NCBI RefSeq assembly: GCF_006345805.1
Contig: NC_042998.1
Coordinates: forward strand, 76,694,001-76,758,000
Source: Octopus sinensis
Lineage: Eukaryota
DNA: 64,000 bases
Reading direction: 5' to 3'
Shown: positions 51,327-60,537 of the stretch, piece after piece
How the letters are laid out: the number at the start of each line of letters is the position of its first letter
How positions within the stretch are numbered: position 1 is the stretch's first letter
Notes under the pieces: generated by a model
The model's input: the letters and a program-made list of their open reading frames with translations, nothing else
The model's database searches: none
What the model was told of the DNA's origin: nothing
Program-made: the position numbers and the translations under genes

Positions 51327-52799
51327 ATATATATATATACATATACATACATATATATATATATATATATACTACATATATCAAAGAAGAATCAAATGTC
51401 TTCACCGAGGCCGGGGTTAATAACACACACACGCGCGCGCACATACACAAATACACATAGCCCCCTCTCACGTGAGTTGTGTTCATCCTCGTGCCTTTTT
51501 GCTGTTTTTGTCTCCCCTTCATTGTTTTGTGTCATTTTCATTTTCTAATTTTTCTCTTGCAACTGTGAGTGATATTTTGGGACCCAGAGCCTGTTTCTCC
51601 ATTACTTTCTTTTCTGCTTTTAGAGCTTTTTCAGTTCTTCAGGACAAAACGCCCCAAATACGTTTTTCTATTGAAAAAAAAAACCCACTAGGCATAATGT
51701 CCACACCCTTTTACGGCATTGCGTGTGGCTTTCGTAGTTCGTTGGGACTTGGGGACTTGCAGTGCCTGCTGATTTCTCCAAACGACATATTGCCTCTCCT
51801 CACCTCTGCATTACCCAACCACTCACCTTTCAATATAAAGATGCAGTGTTGCTGATTGTCACCCTTGTATTTCTTTGCCACAAAAAGTAAGGCACAAGTG
51901 AATGTGAGCCGGCATATCTACGTATTTTAGCCTTTGTTTTGGCAGAATCACAGCCATGAAAATACAGCAGTCCCGTAATCTTTACCGTCTCAAACAAGAT
52001 AATTTCCCCTATTATTTTGTAGGTTCTACTGGTAGTTGTTGAAAGGGAGATGGATGCTTCCACTCTCTTTTTATATTTGGCATTTCTTGGACTAGATCCT
52101 GGGACATGCGGACATTCTTCCAACTATTTTTCCCGAGTGGGTAGCCAAATCTAACAATTTCAGTCTGTGCAACGATAACGTAACATCATGCACGTTTAGC
52201 ATTGCTGTTATATCTAGTATCTTTCCCAACACACAGCTTTGCGTTTTCTATGTAAATCAAGTACATTTGTACCAAAATGACAAATCGATCTATCTTCTGT
52301 CACACCTCATGAAGAAGTTCTTTCTCTAATATCTTCGAAGTCCTGTACGAAGATAATTATAGGGACCAGCTGAAACAAAACAACACAGTTTGGTGATCGA
52401 TTAATTTTCGGATTTGATGAGAGATTAAAAGATTAGAAAATGGCATGCAATTATCAACAAAAACTTTTGTTGACAGCTAAATAAATAAACATATTACATT
52501 TCATTTAAATTTCTTTATAACCCTGTAAAAGTGTCTCAATTTTAGTTACAAGTTTTTGAACGACAGTAAATCTACATCATGGACGGGACATAGTTAAAGA
52601 AATATCTCCTTTATTGTTCTGCGAAAGCTCTTAATATATTTCATTCACAATAATATTGTTACATAGTGAGAAACATATGTAAATATATTACAATTAGAAC
52701 TGAATACAATAATAGAATTATTATATTGCTGAATATGAATAACTGTATACCCCCACTACTACTACTACTACTACTACTATACTACTACTACTACTACTA

Positions 52800-52833
<34 letters not shown>

Positions 52834-52994
52834 GATGATGATGAAAACTACAATGAATATAATATACATAAAAATATATATTTATAGACCATTCTGTCAA
52901 CAGCTGGCAACCAAAGTCAATGACGAATATGTGTATGTGTGCGCATGAGTGTGTGTGAATATATGTATAATATACATTGTATTATGTGTGTATA

Positions 52995-53051
<57 letters not shown>

Positions 53052-53089
53052 GCATATATTTATATATATATAATATTAATATATGCACA

Positions 53090-53145
<56 letters not shown>

Positions 53146-53208
53146 ATATTTCGTTTTTGGATTTGGTTTGCAAGATTCTTTATAAGAGTTAGTGTGTTGA
53201 AGCATATT

Positions 53209-53448
53209 CTGTTGTGTCTGGAGAGAGTCATTCTCTTTTAGTGCCTTATTATTTAACACAGTCATAAAATTTTCATTGCGTCTTGCAACCTTTTCAATAG
53301 TCAAGACAATTGAAAAGGTATTAGCTCTAGAATTGCCACAGTGAAGAATACGGTCCCGAGGATTAGGTCCGGTTCCTGAGCCATTCGCGGTTTGAGTGTG
53401 TTAAATAATAAGGCACTAAAAGAGAATGACTCTCTCCAGACACAACAG
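53209..53448. repeat. Perfect 52-bp inverted repeat with a 136-bp spacer
   Basis: 53209-53260 is the reverse complement of 53397-53448; the right arm abuts (TA)n. Confidence 0.9.
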
Positions 53449-53494
53449 TATATATATATATATATATACATATATATGTTCTTTCTCTAATATC

Positions 53495-53571
<77 letters not shown>

Positions 53572-53581
53572 TATACTTACG

Positions 53582-53613
<32 letters not shown>

Positions 53614-53629
53614 CATCTTGAGCAAGACT

Positions 53630-53845
53630 CATTATTTCATGTTGCTTCAGTTCATTCATCCTTAGAAATGAGCTGTGACGTCATTGGTGCCAAACTGCGT
53701 CGGCCTTTACCTTTTTCTTGGATAAGATCGGTGGCGTGGAGAGAGGAGGTTGATATGCATGAGCGACTACTGATCTTCCATAAACAACCTTGCCCAGACT
53801 AGTGCCTTGAAGGGGAACTTTCTAGGTGCATCTCATGGTCATTCA
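53630..53845 (+). mobile_element. SINE (family of 10520-10850)
   Basis: GGTGCCAAACTGCGTCGGCCTTT..CTTGGATAAGATCGGTGGCGTGGAGAG shared with 10650-10710. Confidence 0.7.
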
Positions 53846-53877
53846 TATATACATATATGACTAAAGGAAATAAATAT

Positions 53878-53981
<104 letters not shown>

Positions 53982-54809
53982 GAAACACACAAACTCAACT
54001 ATACGCACACATATACATACACACTCACAAACACAGACATAGAAGATGTCCTAAGCAGACGCTATATTAGGGCAAGAATTTCAGAGTAAGAAAGACCTAT
54101 GCGCACCTCACACTCATTCTCCCGTTCTCATTGGCACATTAATAAAGTCAAACCGACTGAGTTTGTATGAGACTAGAGGAGAGTGCGTAAAGCACTGAGG
54201 GGATCTCCACACCTCGCAATACTTTCTATTTTGGCGTGTGAGGAAGCCATAAAACGGCATACCCAATGTTTGTCAGCATCTTAGCATGACGACATGCTAC
54301 CACCTGCAGCATGCTTCCCTATCTGGCTGCTCTCACCGACTTCGAAGCTGTTAACAGTTTCTTTTTTCGCCTCATTTGGAGGCAATAAGAAATATGGCAG
54401 AAACTACACACACACACACACACTGATAGACACAAACATACACACACATATACTCACACACACACGCACCGTATATACACACACTCGCACGCGTGCACAC
54501 TCGCACACACACAAACACGCACACACACACAAACACACACACAAACACGGACATACACACACACCAATACTAGAATAATAAAAAAAAGTAAAATATATTT
54601 GAAAAAACGAGTAGAGATGGCTTTTTGTGGGGAATAACTTTGATTTTAATAATAATGTTTACAGTAAGTTACTCTGTGATGAGTTTCAAGTTTTAAATAG
54701 CCGTTTCCAAACTGAAAAATGTATGTTTTACTGGTTGTTTAAATAACAAGAAATTGAGACAGCAAAATATATTTATAAAATAATATCCAAAAGCATGTGT
54801 ATATGAGCT

Positions 54810-54841
<32 letters not shown>

Positions 54842-55052
54842 AGAAGAAGTAGAAGAAGAAGAAGAAGAAGGAGGAGGAGGAGGAGGAGAAGAAGAAGAAG
54901 GAGGATGAGGAGAAGAAGAAAGAGAGAAAGAGAGAAAGAAAGACAGAAAGAGAACGATGAGTTAGTTATTCACCCCTGGTTGGAACTCTCCCGTATGTGA
55001 CTTACTTCTACTTCCACGGACTACTGACTGACAGGCTGTATGACCGGTTAAT

Positions 55053-55301
55053 ATGATGTCTCCAAAGAAATCGCGCAAATACTGCTGTATAAGCAGTAAT
55101 TATAGAGGGAAGAATGTAGACGACAAAGTTATTTCACTTCATAGATACCCCGCAAACGTCGCTATTCGTCGTATTTGGCTTCAGAGATCGAGACTTCTAA
55201 GGAAAGACTTTGTTTACACTGCAAATAGCCAGATTTGCTCCCAGCATTTCATCAATTCTAATGGACCATCGACAGATTACCCCATACCATCCGTTCATTA
55301 G
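55053..55301 (+). CDS. Isolated THAP-type zinc-finger ORF, probably a transposase N-terminus
   Basis: YCC..NYRG...SLHRYP...RRIWLQ..R..RKDF...NSQICSQHF...P....PSV matches the THAP pattern; the canonical second Cys is not clearly placed; no DDE domain follows. Confidence 0.7.
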   Translation: MMSPKKSRKYCCISSNYRGKNVDDKVISLHRYPANVAIRRIWLQRSRLLRKDFVYTANSQICSQHFINSNGPSTDYPIPSVH

Positions 55302-55489
55302 ATAAACTTCAGGGGTATGTGTATGTGACTGTGCATTTGTATTTGATAAATATGATAGGGATAAGAAAATATTTAAAATTAAGTCTCCTTTATTTATTAT
55401 TTATTGTTTTGGTTATACATTTATTTACTTACATCCATAAAAAATACAATTTATTATACAAGGGAAAAATGTCAAAATAATTAAAAGGC

Positions 55490-55745
55490 TCTTTCCCTGC
55501 AGTGCAGTTGCAATCAGCTGAATGCACACTACCCGTGACCTTTGATACCCTGTGATCAGGATTGTTCTTTTTGTTAGATGTTGGTATTGATGGGATTACC
55601 AGACACTGGACAATGCAATGAGAGTAGTTTTCGGTTACGTCGTGATAGTCAATGTTGTGGGCGTGTGTGTCATGGTAAAATATGCCACTCCTTAACTGTC
55701 GCTTTGCCCTCTTCCGTAGCACAACGCAGTTGTAAATAGAGAATA
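55490..55745 (-). pseudogene. SWIM zinc-finger protein fragment (ISL2EU-type accessory ORF)
   Basis: FSIYNCV...HCIVQCLVIPS...PDHRVSKVTGSVHSADCNCTAG matches the IYNY...C.V.A.V.PS...G.V..A.C.C.AG pattern; truncated before the C-x-H end. Confidence 0.65.
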
Positions 55746-55885
55746 CCAAACGAGTTCCCTATGGATACCGTATTTATTACAACGAGTGGCTTGTAAACAT
55801 ATCTAACGAGCGAAAGCGAGTTAGATACGTTTACAAGCCACGATTTGTAATAAATACGGTATCCATAGGGAATGAGTTTGGTATT
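55742..55885. repeat. ~145-bp imperfect hairpin (MITE-like)
   Basis: Arms AATACCAAAC..TTCCCTATGGATACCGTATTTATTACAA..TCTAAC and complement; loop GAGCGAAAGCGA. Confidence 0.85.
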
Positions 55886-56533
55886 TTATTTATTACACAC
55901 GAATAAACGACCATATTTTATTAACCCAATAACTAAATTCCTCACATCGTGTTGAAGCGCGACAATAGTAGCCATCTTGCTGATAGATCTACCTGCACTG
56001 CAAGAGTATCGACGAGCAGACGAAATATGTTGTGATTTTTTTGGCAACAAAAAATTGAATTACCACCAGAAATGTTTATATTTTATGTGTATATGACTTT
56101 AAATGATATCTGGTATAAAAAAGATAGTATGTTTGTTTAATTACATGGCTACGTCTACCTGCTCGTGAAAGTAATGAATGAAGTTTAGTTGTAACTTATG
56201 AATGACAAAAGTAGTGCCGTCACCGTGACCTCGGGTCATCACCATGGATTGACTAATCAGAAGCAGCGCTCGCAGTATCTGACATATGTTAGATACCAAA
56301 AATATCTCAGTGTTCTCACTCACATGTGTGTAATAAACGTCATTATGTCGAGAACCGCCTAGCCAAGGGAGATAATCGCCGTTTGGAAATGTCCTATATA
56401 TGAATATATGTGTGTGTGTATACGGACCTATGTCCACGTGTGTATTGTATTGGCATCCTTTCTGTCTCGGGAGACAATGGAGTTGCGCATTTTTTTTTTT
56501 TTTTTTTTCTAGGTCTAGTCCGGCTGTTATATT

Positions 56534-58102
56534 TTATTTCCTGTTACATTTCTTGCTGTGGCTGTGTAGTCCTATCCTGGACAAACACTCCCTCTGGCAG
56601 GTACTGCAAATGTAGCGAAGACTGTTCCTGGCTGGTTGTAGTGCCATGGTCTCTTGTTTATGTCTCTTCCTTTCTTTCCATTTCTCCTCTCTCTTTCTGT
56701 CACTCCTCTGTATACCCTCTTTTACTGTACGTCGCCATTCTCCACGGTTGCCGGCGACTGCCTCCCAACCGCTAATGTTGATGTTGCAGGCCTTCATATC
56801 CCTTTTGCAAACATCCTTGTAACGTAAGATCGGTCTACCCACAGACCTAGTACCCCTAGCAAGCTCTCCGTAGAGTATGTCCTTGGGGATTCTGCCATCT
56901 TTCATACGGCTAACATGCCCTAGCCATCTCATACGTCTTTGTGTGAGGAGTGCAAACATGCTTGGTATTCCTGCTTGCCTGAGGACATCTTTGTTGGGGA
57001 TATGATTCTGCCATTTGATGTGGAGGATTTTTCGGAGGCAGCGCAGGTGAAAGATGTTTAGGCGACGCTCTTGGCGTGTGTATAGCGTCCAGGTCTCGCT
57101 TCCATACAGTAGAGTGCTGAGTACACATGCCTGGTAGATCTTCATTTTTGTGGTCTTGGTCAGCTTATTGTTGTCCCAAGCCCGTTTGGAGAGTTGGGCC
57201 ATCGCAGCAGCTGCCTTGCCAATGCGTATATTGAGCTCAGCGTCAAGGGATAGGCTGTAGGTGACGGTAGAGCCCAGATAGGTAAACTTCTCCACCTCTT
57301 GTAATCTGTGGTCTCCAATATGTATGTTTGGGATGTCCGATGTAGCCTGGCCCATGATGTTGGTCTTCTTAAGGCTGATAGCTAAGCCAAAGTCGTTACC
57401 TGCTTGCTCAAAACAGTTAATGAGCCTTTGGAGGGCTTCTTCTGTGTGTGTTACCAGAGCGGCATCATCAGCAAATAACATCTCCTTGATCAGGACGTTT
57501 CTGATTTTGGTCTTGGCACGCAGGCGCGAGAGATTGAACAGTTTCCCGTCACTTCTACTGTGCAGAAACACTCCATCATCTGATGTCTGAAAGGCATGTG
57601 ACAGCAAGAGTGAGAAGAAGATGCCAAACAATGTAGGAGCGAGGACACAGCCTTGCTTTACCCCGTTTTTTATTTGGAAGGCGGCTGATGTTGAACCGTT
57701 GTGCTGTATGGTGCCTTGCATGTCATCATGGAAAGACTTGATGATCCTCAGCAGCTTTGGTGGACATCCGATTTTTTGGAGCAGGAGGAAGAGGTCTGTT
57801 CTGCTTACCGAGTCAAAAGCCTTTGTTAGATCAATGAAGGCCATATATAATGGCAATTTCTGCTCTCTGGACTTCTCCTGAAGTTGGCGTATGGAGAATA
57901 TCATATCGATAGTTGATCTGCTTCTTCTAAAGCCACACTGCGATTCCGGATAGATTCGAGAAGCAAGTAGTTGTAGCCTGGCCAGGATAACGCGGGCAAA
58001 GGTCTTTCCAACAGTGCTTAGAAGGGATATACCACGGTAATTGTTACAATCACCACGGTCACCTTTGTTTTTGTAGAGCGTAATGATGTTGGCATCCCGC
58101 AT
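56534..58102 (-). CDS. RTE ORF2 C-terminal part: reverse transcriptase plus zinc finger
   Basis: NYRGISLL, QCGFR, FIDLTKAFD, GVKQGCVLAP, FADD, FTYLGS, LLYGSETW, CSTCQRECLSRIGLHSH. Confidence 0.95.
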   Translation of the reverse strand: MRDANIITLYKNKGDRGDCNNYRGISLLSTVGKTFARVILARLQLLASRIYPESQCGFRRSRSTIDMIFSIRQLQEKSREQKLPLYMAFIDLTKAFDSVSRTDLFLLLQKIGCPPKLLRIIKSFHDDMQGTIQHNGSTSAAFQIKNGVKQGCVLAPTLFGIFFSLLLSHAFQTSDDGVFLHSRSDGKLFNLSRLRAKTKIRNVLIKEMLFADDAALVTHTEEALQRLINCFEQAGNDFGLAISLKKTNIMGQATSDIPNIHIGDHRLQEVEKFTYLGSTVTYSLSLDAELNIRIGKAAAAMAQLSKRAWDNNKLTKTTKMKIYQACVLSTLLYGSETWTLYTRQERRLNIFHLRCLRKILHIKWQNHIPNKDVLRQAGIPSMFALLTQRRMRWLGHVSRMKDGRIPKDILYGELARGTRSVGRPILRYKDVCKRDMKACNINISGWEAVAGNRGEWRRTVKEGIQRSDRKREEKWKERKRHKQETMALQPARNSLRYICSTCQRECLSRIGLHSHSKKCNRK

Positions 58103-58145
58103 ATCCTGAGGGACTGTACCCTCTTTCCAGCACTGACACAGAAGC

Positions 58146-59783
58146 TCATGAAGGTGCCGAAGCAGGATGGTGTTTTTGCCGGCCTTGATGATCTCTGAAG
58201 GGCATGCCGTCTTTTCCCGGAGCCTTATTTCTTGCTAGGGAGTCAACAGCCTTGGTGAGCTCTGCTATAGATGGCGGACTGTCAAGTTCGCACATGACTG
58301 GCAAGATCTTGACACTCTCGACTGCAGCCTCACCCACTGTGGTCTCCCGTGAGTAGAGATCCTGGTAGTGCTCCACCCATCTATCCATTTGCTTGCCTTC
58401 ATCCCTGATGAGATCTCCAGTAGTTGATTTCAGAGGGGCTGACTTGGTTGCGGATGGACCGAGGGCCTTCTTCAAACCAGCATACATCTCACGGGTGTCG
58501 CCCCTGTCAGCAGCTGACTGGATACTCTGACAGATTTCCTGCCAATACCTATTTGCACAGCATCTGGCTGTCAGTTGGGTTTTATTTCGTGCCTTTCTGA
58601 GTTCTTCGAGTGACTTTGTAGAAGAGTCACTCTTGTATTGCACCAGAGCTGCACGCTTTGCTTCGATAACTGGCTCCAGCTCTGAGAGCCCAGCATTGAA
58701 CCAATCTGGGTTTTGCCTTTCTCTCATGCCGAAAGTATCCAATGATGTCGTATACAAGGCTTCCCTGATATAGTCCCACCTACTTTCAGCAGAGGAGGTT
58801 GGGCAGCTACTGAGAGCAACCTTGATAGAAGCAGCAAAACATTTTCGCAGTGTAGGGTCCGAGGTTCTGGCAGTGTTGATGCGTGGTCGGCCCACTTTCT
58901 TGGAGCGATGGACTTTTTTAGGGAGAATCCTCACCCTGCTTCTAATTAGTGAGTGGTCTGTGTCACAATCCGCACTGTGGTAACTGCGGGTCAATAGAGT
59001 GGAACTCAGAAAGGATCTCCGTGTAATGATGAGATCCAGCTGATGCCAGTGGTGAGATCTTGGATGTCTCCAGGATGCCTTGTGGGATGGCTTGCTGGTA
59101 AAGAATGTGTTTGTGATGCACAGGTTGTGGCATGTGCAGAATTCGAGTAGTCTCTGACCATTGTCATTCATGTTGCCAATACCAAAGTGTCCAACACAAA
59201 TGGGCCACGAATCATGGTCAGATCCCACGCGAGCGTTAAAATCCCCTAGAAGGTAGATATTTTCAGTCGTTGGTATATTTTCTAGGACACAGTTGAGATC
59301 TTTGTAGAACTGGTCCTTGGTCTCCTCTGAGCTGTAGAGAGTGGGAGCATAGATGCTGAGTAGATGTACTGAGCCAGAAGAAGTCGAGAGGCGCAGTGAG
59401 AGGATACGCTCAGTGCCTCCAGATGGTGGTTCTATTGAGGAGAGTAGTGAGTTTCTCATTGCAAAGCCAACGCCATGTTGACGAGGTTCTTCTGGATCTC
59501 TTCCCTGCCAAAAGAAGGTGAAGTCCTGCTCTTTGAGTCTGCCGTTTGAGGGAAGTCTTGTCTCCTGCAGCCCAGCAAAATCTATGTTGAGCCTCTTTAG
59601 TTCACGGTCAATGATGGCCGTTTTCCTTGTGTCTTCAATACTGAGAAGATCGTCAGATATTCCAGGACACATGGTCCTGACATTCCAGCTTGCCAACTGC
59701 AGAACTGGTGTTTTCTTGAATTTTAGTTGCTTGCCTGGTGCAGAGGTTGCAGGCCGCTTTTCGAGTCGTACTCTTAGCTCCAA
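58146..59783 (-). CDS. RTE ORF2 N-terminal part: apurinic-like endonuclease and linker
   Basis: LASWNVRT, AGLQETRL, GVGF, SIYAPT, LLGDFNARVG, LDLIITR, TDHSL. The frame shifts at the GGG at 58200-58202. Confidence 0.93.
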   Translation of the reverse strand: MELRVRLEKRPATSAPGKQLKFKKTPVLQLASWNVRTMCPGISDDLLSIEDTRKTAIIDRELKRLNIDFAGLQETRLPSNGRLKEQDFTFFWQGRDPEEPRQHGVGFAMRNSLLSSIEPPSGGTERILSLRLSTSSGSVHLLSIYAPTLYSSEETKDQFYKDLNCVLENIPTTENIYLLGDFNARVGSDHDSWPICVGHFGIGNMNDNGQRLLEFCTCHNLCITNTFFTSKPSHKASWRHPRSHHWHQLDLIITRRSFLSSTLLTRSYHSADCDTDHSLIRSRVRILPKKVHRSKKVGRPRINTARTSDPTLRKCFAASIKVALSSCPTSSAESRWDYIREALYTTSLDTFGMRERQNPDWFNAGLSELEPVIEAKRAALVQYKSDSSTKSLEELRKARNKTQLTARCCANRYWQEICQSIQSAADRGDTREMYAGLKKALGPSATKSAPLKSTTGDLIRDEGKQMDRWVEHYQDLYSRETTVGEAAVESVKILPVMCELDSPPSIAELTKAVDSLARNKAPGKDGMPFRDHQGRQKHHPASAPS

Positions 59784-59956
59784 GCACCAATGGAACAGGC
59801 GGCTTGTGGCGGGTCAGCACCTTATTAACTGGGGGCTGCCCAGCTTGAGGTGGGCAGTAGCTAACCAATAGGACACGGAAGTCCCTCCCACCGGCAGAGG
59901 TAACCGGTAGCGTCCATATTTTACGCCAATCTGAATGGACTTATCACTCGTAACTG

Positions 59957-60205
59957 TTACCTCCCGTGTTGTTTCTGCAGCTTTTTACAGCAGCACTGAA
60001 GTGTCCTCTCCAGTTTTGCGCAGGCCTGGGCTATAGATAAGAAAGTCCTGGGTAGCCCAATCGTCAGGTTTCCTCTCTCGACCTTGCTGATGTAGTCCAG
60101 TGGAGTGCAGTGCATTACGTTTGGCACCAGCTTGGTTGCAGGAGCTGCCGGAAGAGTGTCGAATCGAACATTAGACCACCTTCGGGGCTCCACTCCGGAT
60201 TTCAT
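59957..60205 (-). CDS. Short upstream ORF (82 aa) in the RTE 5' region, possible ORF1
   Basis: ATG-initiated ORF upstream of ORF2; short ORF1s are known in some RTE elements; no motif recognised. Confidence 0.3.
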   Translation of the reverse strand: MKSGVEPRRWSNVRFDTLPAAPATKLVPNVMHCTPLDYISKVERGNLTIGLPRTFLSIAQACAKLERTLQCCCKKLQKQHGR

Positions 60206-60514
60206 TGAAGGTTGTCTCCTTTCCGTAACCCTGGATAGGGGCCCATACCGGGTACTGTCAGCCGGAGCCAGCTGAGCCCGAAACTCGTGTCAGGCAGGGT
60301 CGTCTCTCCCTGAAGTAGTGAAGAAGTTCGCTACCCACTACCTTTTCAAGTAATGTTAAATTATTATTACGGTTTTTTTTTTTTCTTTGCCTATGTTAAA
60401 TTTCAACCACTAATATTCACCATCATCATCATCAGCAGCAGTAGTAGAAGCAGCAATATCACTAGGAGGGAAGTGGGAAGGGGAGAGAATAGAGAGATAT
60501 CCGGTATTGGTGGT

Positions 60515-60533
60515 GGGGGTGGGTTGGGGCGGG
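60515..60533 (+). other. G-quadruplex-forming motif
   Basis: GGGGG-T-GGG-TT-GGGG-C-GGG: four G tracts, loops of 1-2 nt. Confidence 0.7.
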
Positions 60534-60537
60534 CGCA

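Larger units (their letters stand above)
56441..60340 (-). mobile_element. Full-length or near full-length RTE-clade LINE
   Basis: ~550-bp 5' region, APE + RT + C-terminal zinc finger, 3' end CCATTGTCTCCCGAGACAGAAAGGATGCCAA; GC-rich relative to the flanks. No TSD found. Confidence 0.95.

Noticed and set aside
51580-52400. Possible decayed PLE GIY-YIG region (CGKE..G) on the minus strand
   Set aside because: Motifs are too fragmentary to call.
54050-54400. GC-richer unique block, possible exon
   Set aside because: No ORF of recognisable content and no supported splice pair.
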